Of a stretch of 64,000 nt of DNA, positions 36,814-45,879 are shown one piece after another. The stretch is from Candidatus Latescibacterota bacterium (GTDB lineage: Bacteria; Latescibacterota; UBA2968; UBA8231). The position numbers and the translations under genes are program-made. The notes under the pieces are model-generated. The model was given only the letters and a program-made list of their open reading frames with translations. It had not been told where the DNA came from and did not search any database. How positions within the stretch are numbered: position 1 is the first letter of the stretch; every line of letters begins with the position of its first letter. The DNA lies in assembly GCA_965221775.1 (NCBI GenBank), contig CBDCSU010000006.1, positions 2,240,001 through 2,304,000 of the forward strand, read 5' to 3'.

Positions 36814-39083
36814 CCGCTCACGGCCATGACGGCCGTGGTCTCCTGCTGGGTCTTGACGAGCTTGTAGAAGAAGCCCTCGCGCCGCATCAGCTCCTCGTGG
36901 GTTCCGGTCTCGACGATGCGGCCGCCGTCGAGGACGACCAGCCGGTCGGCGGACCTCAGCGTCGACAGCCGGTGGGCGATGGCGAAGGTGGTCCGTCCTT
37001 CCACCAGCCTCGCGATCGCCTCCTGGATCTTCTTCTCCGTGGGCGTGTCCAGGGAGGAGGTCGCCTCGTCGAGGATCAGGATCTTCGGGTCGTGCAGGAT
37101 CGCCCGGGCGATGGCGATGCGCTGCCGCTCGCCCCCGGAGAGCCGGCTGCCCTGCTCGCCGACCACCATGTCGTAGCCGTCGGGCAGCTTGATGATGAAC
37201 TCGTGAGCGTTGGCCGCCCTCGCCGCGCGCAGGACCTCGTCGAAGGAGGCGCCGGGCTTGCCGTAGGCGATGTTCTCGGCCACCGTGCCGTTGAACAGGA
37301 ACGACTGCTGCGCCACCAGTCCGATCTGGGAGCGCAGGTCCTCGAGCCGCAGGCGGCGGATGTCGACGCCGTCGATCTCCAGCCGGCCGCGGGTGACGTC
37401 GTAGAACCGGCACAGGAGGTGGATCAAGGTCGACTTGCCGGCCCCGGACTTGCCCACGAGGCCGATCATCTCGCCGGGCTCGACCTCGAGATCCGCCTCG
37501 CGCAGGACCGGCTTGCCGGGATCGTAGCCGAAGAAGGCGCCGCGGAAGCGCACGCGGCCTTCGAGGCCCGGCCTCGGCAGGGCCCGCGGATCGTCGAAGG
37601 GCTCGGAGCGGGCGTCGATGACCTCGAAGATCCGCTCGGCGCCGGCATAGGCCCGCATCATGAACCCGTAGAAGTCGCCGAACCACTTCAGCGGCTGATA
37701 GAGCATCATGATGTACATGATGAAGGCCCAGAGCTCACCCGGTTTGAGTCCGCCCAGCACCACCTGCTGTCCGCCGAAGTACCAGACGAAGAACACGCCG
37801 GCGCTCATGAACAAGTTGGTAGTCATCCAGAACACCAGCCAGTGGCGCTCGGCGCTGACGCTCACGTCGCGCAGGTCGGTGTTGCGGCGCTCGAAGCGCT
37901 CGCCCTCGCGCTGCTCCTGGGCGAAGGCCTTGACCACGCGGATGCCGCGGATCGACTCGTTGAGGTGCGACGACAGGCGCGACCAGCGGGTGGAGAACCG
38001 CATCCAGTGCAGCTCCATGCGGTTCCAGATCAGCGTCGAGACGGCGAGGATCGCCGGGATCGGCAGCAGCACCCACAGGGTCAGCTCCCAGTTGGTGTAC
38101 AGCATGATGCCGAGGATCGTAACGACCAGCAGCCCGTTGCTGACCACGAAGGGGATGTCGAAGATCAGGTACTCCTCCACCAGGTCGGAGTCGTTCGACA
38201 TGCGCGAGATCAGGGCCCCCACCTTGCGCTTGTCGTAGAACCGCAAGGGCAGGAACTGCAGCGCCCGGTAGAGCTCGGCCCGCATCGCCTCGATGGCGCG
38301 GAAGCCGATCCAGTTGCCCACCCAGCGGCGGCCGACCCAGGCGCACCAGGCGAAGACGTTGATGGCCAGCAGGCCGAGGACGTACTCCACCAGCACGCCG
38401 TACTTCGCCCGCGGCTCCAGCTCCTCGCTGACGAGCACGTCGTCGATGACGACCATCGAGACCAGGGGAGGAAGCACATCGACGACGGTCTCGACGATCA
38501 GCAGCGCCAGCAGCAGGGCCGCGCGGCCCTTGTACGGCGCCATGTAGCGCAGCAGGCGCCCGAGGGTGCTCAGCTTGCTCACGCAGGCCGGGCAGACGCC
38601 GTCCTTCTCGGGCAGCACGCGGCCGCAGCGCTCGCAGCGGCTGCGCTCGACCTCGGTGGCCAGGTTCGGTGCCTCCCCCGCGGCCAGCTGGTTCAGACTC
38701 TCGGCGACCTCGGCGAACCTGGCGGCCAGGCTGTTGGAGTAGTACAGGTGCGCCGGCGCCCCCCGGCGGCGCTCGACCTCCATGCGTCCGCCGCCGACGA
38801 GGGCCTCCACCCGGGCGGCGCGCACCTCGGCGAGGGGGACCTCCTCGACCGCCGCAAGCTCGCCGCCGCTGCCGGAGGCCGGGAGCAGCAGCACCCTGCG
38901 GTCGGTGATCACCAGCCAGCCCTCGGCGTAGACGCCGTCCCCCGACATGTCCGTGGCCACCCGGACCCAGACCGGCTCGTCCGCCTCCGTCCGGCGGCGG
39001 ACCCGCTCCTCCACCGCCGCCGGCGCGGGCTCGCGGAAGGGCGACGGCCCGTCGGTGATCAGCTCTGTCGTGGTCGGCTTCAT
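36810..39083 (-). CDS. ABC exporter (TMD+NBD) with N-terminal PH-like and Cys4 zinc-ribbon extension
   Basis: CERCG...CPAC; GKSGAGKS, LSGGERQR, ILILDEATS, IAHRLST. Confidence 0.92.
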   Translation of the reverse strand: MKPTTTELITDGPSPFREPAPAAVEERVRRRTEADEPVWVRVATDMSGDGVYAEGWLVITDRRVLLLPASGSGGELAAVEEVPLAEVRAARVEALVGGGRMEVERRRGAPAHLYYSNSLAARFAEVAESLNQLAAGEAPNLATEVERSRCERCGRVLPEKDGVCPACVSKLSTLGRLLRYMAPYKGRAALLLALLIVETVVDVLPPLVSMVVIDDVLVSEELEPRAKYGVLVEYVLGLLAINVFAWCAWVGRRWVGNWIGFRAIEAMRAELYRALQFLPLRFYDKRKVGALISRMSNDSDLVEEYLIFDIPFVVSNGLLVVTILGIMLYTNWELTLWVLLPIPAILAVSTLIWNRMELHWMRFSTRWSRLSSHLNESIRGIRVVKAFAQEQREGERFERRNTDLRDVSVSAERHWLVFWMTTNLFMSAGVFFVWYFGGQQVVLGGLKPGELWAFIMYIMMLYQPLKWFGDFYGFMMRAYAGAERIFEVIDARSEPFDDPRALPRPGLEGRVRFRGAFFGYDPGKPVLREADLEVEPGEMIGLVGKSGAGKSTLIHLLCRFYDVTRGRLEIDGVDIRRLRLEDLRSQIGLVAQQSFLFNGTVAENIAYGKPGASFDEVLRAARAANAHEFIIKLPDGYDMVVGEQGSRLSGGERQRIAIARAILHDPKILILDEATSSLDTPTEKKIQEAIARLVEGRTTFAIAHRLSTLRSADRLVVLDGGRIVETGTHEELMRREGFFYKLVKTQQETTAVMAVSG

Positions 39084-39087
39084 GGGC

Positions 39088-41343
39088 TCAATCGGCGACG
39101 GCGATGATCCTCGAGGCCTCCTGCTGCATCCGCACGAGGCCGTGGAAGACGCCGCGCCGCTCCATCAGCTCCTCGTGGCTGCCCACCTCGACGATCCGTC
39201 CCTCCTCCAGCACCACCAGGCGCTCCGCGTCCCTCAGGGTCGACAGCCTGTGGGCGATGGCGAAGGTGGTGCGGCCTCTCACCATGCGGTGCACGGCCTG
39301 CTGGATCTGCTTTTCCGTCTCCACGTCCACCGACGAGGTCGCCTCGTCGAGGATCAGGATCTTCGGGTCGTGGAGCATGGCCCGGGCGATGGCCACCCGC
39401 TGGCGCTCGCCGCCGGAGAGGCTGTTGCCCTGCTCTCCGACCTGGGTCTCGTAGCCGTCGGGCTTGGCGACGATGAAGTTGTGGGCGTTGGCCAGCCGGG
39501 CGGCGGAGACGATCTCCTCGAACTTCGCCCCCGGCTTTCCGTAGCCGATGTTCTCGGCGATGGTCCCGGAGAACAGCACCGGCTCCTGGGAGACGATGCC
39601 GATCTGGCGCCGCAGGTCGCGCAGGTTGATGCGGCGTATGTCGACGCCGTCGATCTCGATGGAGCCGTGATCGACATCGTAGAACCGGGCGATGAGGTTC
39701 ACCGTCGTCGTCTTGCCGACGCCGGAGCGCCCCACGAGTCCGATCATCTCCTCGGCGCCCACGTCGAGGTCGATGCCTTTGAGAACCGGCTTGCTCTTGT
39801 CGTAGCCGAAGGTCGCGTCGGCGAACCGGATCCGTCCCTGCATCCCGGGCATGCGCACGGCCCGGGCGTCGTCGTACGACTCGGGTACGGTGTCGATGAC
39901 CTCGAAGACGCGCTCGGCGCCGGCGAAGGCCCGCGTCATCCAGGAGTTGACCTGGCCGAACCACTCCAGGGGCTCGTAGATCTTCGCCATGCACCAGCTG
40001 ATGGCCAGCAGGGTGCCGATGGTCAGCTCGCCGGCGATCACATCCTGGCCGCCGAAGTACCAGATGATGATCGCGCCGAGGCCGGTGAGGAAGGAGATGG
40101 TGGCGAAGAACACGGTGCGGTTGACGCCCGTGCGCACGCTGATCCCGGTGATCTTGCGGTTCAGGCGCGCAAAGGCGCCGATCTCGCGGCCCTCCTGGGC
40201 GAAGGCCTTGACCACGCGGATGCCGGTGAGGGCCTCGGCGGTGCGATCGGTCAGGTTCGACCACATCTCGCCCCAGCGCGTGAAGAGCCGGCGCAGGCGC
40301 CTCCAGAACACGGCGCCCCAGACCAGGATGAAGGGCACCGGGACCAGGATGTAGAGAGTCAGCTCCCAGTTCAGCCAGAGCAGGACCCCCAGGATGACGA
40401 GGATGACCAGGGCGTTGATGACGAGGTAGGGGAGACCGTCGACGAGGAAGTCCTGGAGCCGGCCCGTGTCGCGGGTGACCCGCGACATGAGGGCCCCCAC
40501 CTTGCGCTTGTCGTAGAACTGCAGCGACAGCATCTCCAGCCGGCGGTAGAGCTCGCCGCGGATGTCGGCCGTGGCCCGGGCCCCGAGCCAGGCGGCGATC
40601 CACCCGTGGACCCACTCGGCGGCCCAGCTGACGAGGCGGATCCCCACCAGGGCCAGAACCAGAAAGCCCAGCAGCCGGAGGCGGGACTCCGGATCTGCCG
40701 GGCTGTCGTCGGCGGCCTCCACGGGCACCAGGACCTTGTCGAAGAAATGCTTGATCACCCACGGTGACGCCGCCTCGGCCCCGGTGGTGACCAGGGAGGC
40801 GACAGCCAGGGTCACGACCTTCCACGGGTACGGCGCCATGTAGCGCGAGATGCGCTTGAGGGTGGACCACTTGCGGATGCAGGCGGGACAGACGCCGTCG
40901 CGCTCCGGCAGCAGCCGGGAGCACTTCCCGCACCGGAGGCGCTCGAGGCGCGGGTTGATGAGGAAGGGCTCGCCGGCGCGCAGCTGCTCCAGCCCCCGGG
41001 CCACCTCGGAGAACTTCTCCCCCATGGACTGGGTGTAGGGGACGGCCACGGTGGGGGCCGAGCGGCGCTCGATCTCGAGCCGTCCACCGCCGACGAGGAG
41101 CTCCGTACGCACCCGGGTCACCTCGGCCAGGGGGATCGACAGGGCGCCGTTGGCCGAGGGCTCGTCGACGACGACGATGCGGCGGGAGGATGCGGCCAGC
41201 CAGCGGCAGCCGAAGGCCCTGCCTTCCGCCTCCATGTCGGCCTGGACCTGGATCAGGGCCTCCTCCCTTTCCAGGGCGGCCAGGATCCTGGCCTCAACCT
41301 CGGGAGAGACGGCCTCGATCAGTCGTGATTCCGGGCTCGTCAT
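39088..41343 (-). CDS. ABC exporter (TMD+NBD) with N-terminal PH-like and Cys4 zinc-ribbon extension, paralogue of the adjacent gene
   Basis: CGKCS...CPAC; GRSGVGKT, LSGGERQR, ILILDEATS, IAHRLST. Confidence 0.92.
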   Translation of the reverse strand: MTSPESRLIEAVSPEVEARILAALEREEALIQVQADMEAEGRAFGCRWLAASSRRIVVVDEPSANGALSIPLAEVTRVRTELLVGGGRLEIERRSAPTVAVPYTQSMGEKFSEVARGLEQLRAGEPFLINPRLERLRCGKCSRLLPERDGVCPACIRKWSTLKRISRYMAPYPWKVVTLAVASLVTTGAEAASPWVIKHFFDKVLVPVEAADDSPADPESRLRLLGFLVLALVGIRLVSWAAEWVHGWIAAWLGARATADIRGELYRRLEMLSLQFYDKRKVGALMSRVTRDTGRLQDFLVDGLPYLVINALVILVILGVLLWLNWELTLYILVPVPFILVWGAVFWRRLRRLFTRWGEMWSNLTDRTAEALTGIRVVKAFAQEGREIGAFARLNRKITGISVRTGVNRTVFFATISFLTGLGAIIIWYFGGQDVIAGELTIGTLLAISWCMAKIYEPLEWFGQVNSWMTRAFAGAERVFEVIDTVPESYDDARAVRMPGMQGRIRFADATFGYDKSKPVLKGIDLDVGAEEMIGLVGRSGVGKTTTVNLIARFYDVDHGSIEIDGVDIRRINLRDLRRQIGIVSQEPVLFSGTIAENIGYGKPGAKFEEIVSAARLANAHNFIVAKPDGYETQVGEQGNSLSGGERQRVAIARAMLHDPKILILDEATSSVDVETEKQIQQAVHRMVRGRTTFAIAHRLSTLRDAERLVVLEEGRIVEVGSHEELMERRGVFHGLVRMQQEASRIIAVAD

Positions 41344-41384
41344 GGCGCGAAAAGGTACGCACCGGGGGGGTGCGGCGAGTCGAG

Positions 41385-41430
41385 GAAACAGCGCCCGCCG
41401 GCCCGGAGGCGTCCGGACCGGCGGGCGTTG
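41385..41430 (-). terminator. GC-rich hairpin downstream of the HTH gene, possible weak terminator
   Basis: Inverted repeat cagcgcccgccgg...ccggcgggcgttg, followed by only a short TGTTT on the minus strand. Confidence 0.45.
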
Positions 41431-41503
41431 GTCGATGATGGTTGCGCGGCTGCCGGGGGCAGCCCTCTCTCCGGCTCTCCCGTCGGAGCCGGATCCGTGT
41501 CTC

Positions 41504-41686
41504 CTAGGCCCGGGACCGCGCCGCCCGGCGGGCGTTGCGCTGGCGGGCGAAGGGCGTCTCGATACCGTACTGGCGGCAGAGGCGGCCGAAGGTGCCCCCC
41601 GCGATGCCCAGGGCCTTGCTGGCCTCGGAGTTGCTGTTGTAGACCCGGGCTGCTCTTTCGATCCACTCTCTCGGGACCTTCTGCAT
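41504..41686 (-). CDS. small basic helix-turn-helix protein (60 aa)
   Basis: Strong SD GAGGAAGGAG; MQKVPREWIERAARVYNSNSEASKALGIAGGTFGRLCRQYGIETP shows the Fis-like 'AS.ALGI...T..RL.R.YGI' pattern. Confidence 0.8.
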   Translation of the reverse strand: MQKVPREWIERAARVYNSNSEASKALGIAGGTFGRLCRQYGIETPFARQRNARRAARSRA

Positions 41687-41979
41687 CGGTCTCCTTCCTC
41701 TCGCGATGCATGCGAACGTCGCCGCGGTCTCGCCGTCGCGGGTGGTTCGCGAGTTCGGGCGGGACGACGCTGGCCTCCTGTTCCAGCAGCCGCGACCCCG
41801 CCGGGCGGGTGGATGCCGGCAGGCGGTGAGTGGGCCCGGTCCTGCGGACACCGCCCCCGAATCGGGAACCCCCGTCCGTCGACGGAGGCTCCGGCGCCGG
41901 CCCGCGTGCCGTACCGATCGCGGGTCCCGCGCTGCCTCGGAGTCCGGGGGGAGCGACCCCGGCGGACTCCGGGTGCAAC

Positions 41980-42025
41980 AAAAAAACCGGCTGCAGGTGT
42001 TCCCCTTGCGGGAGCCTGCAGCCGG
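41980..42025 (-). terminator. intrinsic (rho-independent) terminator
   Basis: Perfect 11-bp stem CCGGCTGCAGG (41987-41997) / CCTGCAGCCGG (42015-42025) followed by T7 on the minus strand. Confidence 0.85.
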
Positions 42026-42390
42026 CTGGCAGAAGCCGTTGGGATCCGATCCCCACGGCTGTCGTCGCTGTCGCTTCAGCGATTCAACCTCCGGGATCTC
42101 CTCCCGCTGCAGGCCCCGTGCGGGGCTTGATGACCGCCCCGCCCATGGTGGAACCGGGGAGGGTCATCGGGGTGATCTCGTTCTCGTGGAGCCGGTGGAA
42201 CCCCATCCCCCCTTCGCCCGGGCCCGATACGCCCCGGCAGCCGCCGGAGGCGGAGGGGGCGGTCGTTCCGGCGAACGCCGCCTGCGGACCCGTAAACCCG
42301 AACGGGTGCAAGGGGGATTGTGGGATTCGGCTGATCATCCGGCTCTCGAAAGCTCCTTGAAGTCCATCTGATGAGGTCCTGTGCAACGCG
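41980..42390 (-). ncRNA. putative structured non-coding RNA or attenuator leader of unrecognised family
   Basis: Bounded by a sigma70-like promoter and an intrinsic terminator; nested long-range helices and several hairpins. Confidence 0.45.
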
Positions 42391-42394
42391 AACG

Positions 42395-42424
42395 AACCTA
42401 TCCGGGGTTCCGGCACAATGTCAA
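42395..42424 (-). promoter_or_regulatory. sigma70-type promoter
   Basis: TTGACA (42424-42419), 18-nt spacer, TAGGTT (42400-42395). Confidence 0.6.
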
Positions 42425-42516
42425 GGGAAAAAGCGTCCCCCGCCCGGGTGGCGCGGTCCGTCGGGATCCAGCGGCGCAAAGTCCCCCCGGTCCGCCTCTC
42501 CCGCTTCGGGCCGCTT

Positions 42517-43878
42517 TCAACCGATGGCGGTCCTGAAGGCCTCGCCCCGGGCCGCATAGTCGGAGAACATGCCGAAGCTGGCGCAGCCCGGCGACAGCAG
42601 CACGACGCCGCCGGCCGGGGCCAGTTCGGCGGCCCGGCGGACCGCCGCCTCCATGGACGGGCAGTCGGCGGCCGCCGGCCCGCGGAATCCGGCCGCCGCG
42701 GCGGCCGAGGCGATGGCCGGACCCTCCTCTCCCAGGGTCACCAGCGCCGCCGCCGACCGGGCGATGGCGGCTCCCAGACCTGCGAAGGATCCGCCCTTGG
42801 AGGCTCCCCCGGCGATGAGCACCACCGGTCGGCCGGCATACGCCGCCAGGCCCGCCGCCGCCGCCTCCGGAGTCGTGGCCAGGGAGTCGTTGACGAACAG
42901 CACGCCGCCCCGCTCCGCCACCTCCTCGAGGCGGTGCGGGAGGGACTCGACGGCGCTCAGACCCTGGCCGACGGCCGCCGCGGAAGCGCCGCACAGGCGC
43001 GCCGCCCCGGCGGCGGCGCAGGCGTTGGCGAGGTTGTGGGTCCCCCGCAGACGGAGATCGCTCACCGCGGCCAGGCTCTCGACCCGGCCGTCCTCCCGCC
43101 AGCGGATCTCGCCCGCCTCGCTCCAGCAGCCATCGCCCTCCAGGGGCGGCGCGGCGCGGAACCCGAGGCTCCGCCCAGGGCTCCGGGCGGCGAGCTCGCC
43201 GGCGGTGGCGTCGCCGGCGCTGGAGACGACCCAGTCGCCGCGGCCCTGGCAGCGGCAGATCGCCGCCTTGGCCTCGACGTACTCCGCCCGGCTGGCGTGG
43301 TAGTCGAGATGGTCGAGGGTCACGGGCAGGATCACGGCCCCGTGGGGGCTTCGATCCAGATCCTGTAGCTGGAAGCTGGAGAGCTCCAGCACGACCACGT
43401 CCGCGGCGGACAGGTCGTCGAGGAAGCCGACGGGCGGTATTCCGATGTTGCCGCCCAGGTGCGGGGACAGACCGGGCTCGCGCCGCAGGATCGAGTCCAG
43501 GAGGGAAGCGGTCGTGCCCTTGCCCTTGGTCCCGGTGATGCCGATCACCGGCGCCGGGCAGCGTTCGAGGAAGAGCGCCGTCTGGCTGCTGACCTCCGTG
43601 CCGCGCCGGCGGGCCTGCTCCAGCTCCGGGCGCAGGGACGGGATGCCGGGGGAGCGGAAGATCAGGTCGAAGTCGTGGAGGCGGTCGAAGCACCCCGGGC
43701 CGAGGCGCCACTCCAGGACCGCCTCCTTCCAGGGGGCCCCATCGAGGCGGCGGGCCGGGTCGGCGTCGCAGACGGCAAAGCCGAGTCCACGGGAGGCCAG
43801 CCAGCGGCCCAGGGCCTGGTTCTCGACGCCGAGACCGAGGAGGGCCAGGCGGCGGTCCTGAAGAGCGTCGAGCTCCAA
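42517..43878 (-). CDS. murD: UDP-N-acetylmuramoyl-L-alanine--D-glutamate ligase
   Basis: SPGI, GITGTKGKGTT, GGNIG, VLELSSFQL, DHLDYH, HRLE, NDSLAT, LIAGG..KG, LSPGCASF...RG. Confidence 0.93.
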   Translation of the reverse strand: MELDALQDRRLALLGLGVENQALGRWLASRGLGFAVCDADPARRLDGAPWKEAVLEWRLGPGCFDRLHDFDLIFRSPGIPSLRPELEQARRRGTEVSSQTALFLERCPAPVIGITGTKGKGTTASLLDSILRREPGLSPHLGGNIGIPPVGFLDDLSAADVVVLELSSFQLQDLDRSPHGAVILPVTLDHLDYHASRAEYVEAKAAICRCQGRGDWVVSSAGDATAGELAARSPGRSLGFRAAPPLEGDGCWSEAGEIRWREDGRVESLAAVSDLRLRGTHNLANACAAAGAARLCGASAAAVGQGLSAVESLPHRLEEVAERGGVLFVNDSLATTPEAAAAGLAAYAGRPVVLIAGGASKGGSFAGLGAAIARSAAALVTLGEEGPAIASAAAAAGFRGPAAADCPSMEAAVRRAAELAPAGGVVLLSPGCASFGMFSDYAARGEAFRTAIG

Positions 43879-43888
43879 AGGGCGGCCT

Positions 43889-44959
43889 TCAGAGGGCGGC
43901 GACGTATTCGAAGAGGGTCCGCTCCAGATTGTCGAAGACCGACCAGCGCACGACCTCGTAACCGTGGGAGTTCTCCCGCGGATAGCCGATGGTGGCGCAG
44001 CGGGGGGCGCCGCCGGCCTCGAGCACGCCGGTGGCGTCCGATGCGGCGGCCGAGTAGACGGCGTACTGAAGGCCGGTCCCGGCGCGGACGGCGGCGGCGT
44101 CCAGCTCGGCGATCAGGCCCTGGTGGAAGTGGACCCTGCTGTCGCGGGACCAGGCGGCGGGTCGGCCGTCGAGCTCGAGGGCGGTGCCCCGCGGCATGGG
44201 GGTGGAGTCGACGGCGATGAAGGTCTCCACCTCGTTGCGGCGCACCCAGCCCCTGGCGCCCAGGAGTCCCGTCTCCTCCTGAACGAGGAAGCAGAGATGC
44301 AGGCTCCGCCTCGGTGTGAGGCCGGCCTGGCGCAACCGCTGGCACAGCTTGAGCAGCGTCAGGCTGCCGCCCCGGTTGTCGAAGATCCAGGCCGAGACGA
44401 GGGGATCCTCCTCGGGGCCGAAGACGTTCGGACCGCGCACTCCGGCCGCCGGCACGGCACAGGTGCCCACCCTGACCCCCAGGTCGGCCAGCTGCCCGGG
44501 GGAGCGCCCGGTGATCAGGCGGGTGTGCGCCCAGGTGATTCCCTGGCGGCCCTGGGCGAACCCGGTCATCGGATCTTCGGGATCGCTGGTGTGGGTGGAG
44601 CCGAAGCTCAGGTGAGCGGGCACGTCCCCGCCGTCGGCGACGAGCACCACCGGCCCCTCGCCGAGCTTGAAGGGGTGGAGCCCGCCGGAGCGCTGCACGC
44701 GAAGGGTGCCGTCGGCCTCCACCGCGGTGACCACCATGCCGATCTCGTCGGTGTGACTGGCGATGGCCACCCCGGGCCCCGGCTCGCGGCCGGCGATCCG
44801 GACCCAGAGGTTGCCCTGGCCGTCCTGGCGGGGCTCGGCGCCGAGGGCGCTCAGCTCGCCGGCCAGGAAGGCGGCCATGCGCTCCTCGCGGCCGGAGGGG
44901 CAGGGGACCTGCAGCATCCGGGTGAGGAGGTCGAGGGAGTCGAGAGGTCCGGGTGACAT
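43889..44959 (-). CDS. M42 family metallopeptidase
   Basis: PSGRE, SHTDE, DNRGG, QEETGLLGA, SDA, NSHGYE. Confidence 0.85.
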   Translation of the reverse strand: MSPGPLDSLDLLTRMLQVPCPSGREERMAAFLAGELSALGAEPRQDGQGNLWVRIAGREPGPGVAIASHTDEIGMVVTAVEADGTLRVQRSGGLHPFKLGEGPVVLVADGGDVPAHLSFGSTHTSDPEDPMTGFAQGRQGITWAHTRLITGRSPGQLADLGVRVGTCAVPAAGVRGPNVFGPEEDPLVSAWIFDNRGGSLTLLKLCQRLRQAGLTPRRSLHLCFLVQEETGLLGARGWVRRNEVETFIAVDSTPMPRGTALELDGRPAAWSRDSRVHFHQGLIAELDAAAVRAGTGLQYAVYSAAASDATGVLEAGGAPRCATIGYPRENSHGYEVVRWSVFDNLERTLFEYVAAL

Positions 44960-45059
44960 GGGGCGGAAGGTAGGGCGGGGCGAGTCCCCCGGCCATTGAC
45001 GCTTCCGGCCGGGGGCCGCAATCTCTGCCGGGCCCCGTGGACCCTTGCCTGGAGGCCCC

Positions 45060-45875
45060 GTGACCATCCGCCGCCGGTCGGCGCAGGCCCTGTGCCTGGC
45101 CGCCGTCCTCCTCCACCTGGCCGCCGCCGGTACCGGGGCGCGGGAGTCCGCCCCCGGGGGCCCGGCGGTGGGTCTCTTCGCCGCCGCCAGCCTGACCAGC
45201 GCGCTCACCGAGATCCTGCCGCGCCGGAGCTTCCCGCGGGTGCGGCTCTCCTTTGCCGGCTCCTCGTCCCTGGCGCGGCAGATCGATGCCGGCGCCCCCG
45301 CCGATCTCTACGTGTCGGCCAATCCGCGGTGGATGGACTACCTGGAGGAGAGGGGGCGCATCGACGCCGGGACGCGCTTCGACCTGCTCGCCAACCGCCT
45401 GGTGGTGGTCACGCCGGCGGGCAGCGGACTGGAGGTCGAGCCGCGGCCGGGGTTCGACCTGGCGGGCGCCTTCCGCGGGCGTCTGGCCCTGGGCGACCCC
45501 GACCACGTCCCGGCCGGGATCTACGCCCGCCAGGCGCTGCGGGCCCTGGGCTGGTGGCCGGCGCTGGAGCACCGTCTCGCCCCGGCCCCCGACGTGCGCG
45601 CCGCCCTGCTCTACGTCGAGCGCGGCGAGTGCGAGGCCGGCGTCGTGTACGCCACCGATGCCGCCGTCAGCCGGCGGGTGCGGGTGGCGGCGGAACTGGC
45701 GGACAGTCTGCACGCGCCGATCCGCTATCCCGCGGCGGTGGTCGCCGGCCGCGACTCCCCGGCCGTGCGGGAGCTTCTCAGGCGGCTGCGGTCGACCGGG
45801 GCGGCGGAGGTCTTCCGCCGGCACGGTTTCACCGTCCTCGCCGGCCCGGCGGGCCCTCCGCCTCCGGCGGAGTAG
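45060..45875 (+). CDS. modA: molybdate ABC transporter substrate-binding protein
   Basis: FAAASLT, GSSSLARQI, SAN, NRLV, VPAGIYA, VYATDA. Confidence 0.93.
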   Translation: MTIRRRSAQALCLAAVLLHLAAAGTGARESAPGGPAVGLFAAASLTSALTEILPRRSFPRVRLSFAGSSSLARQIDAGAPADLYVSANPRWMDYLEERGRIDAGTRFDLLANRLVVVTPAGSGLEVEPRPGFDLAGAFRGRLALGDPDHVPAGIYARQALRALGWWPALEHRLAPAPDVRAALLYVERGECEAGVVYATDAAVSRRVRVAAELADSLHAPIRYPAAVVAGRDSPAVRELLRRLRSTGAAEVFRRHGFTVLAGPAGPPPPAE

Positions 45876-45879
45876 CCCT

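Noticed and set aside
42145-42205. Two GGTGGAACC T-box-like words
   Set aside because: They are on the plus strand, which has no downstream gene, no stem I motifs and no following terminator
42368-42396. CTGATGAG hammerhead-like core
   Set aside because: No stem II followed by GAAA and no flanking stems I/III
41960-42410. RNase P RNA-like words on the plus strand (GTGCAACAAAA; GTAAACCC...GGTGCAAGG)
   Set aside because: The universally conserved GAGGAAAGTCC and AGAACCCGGCTTA segments are absent and the spacing is wrong
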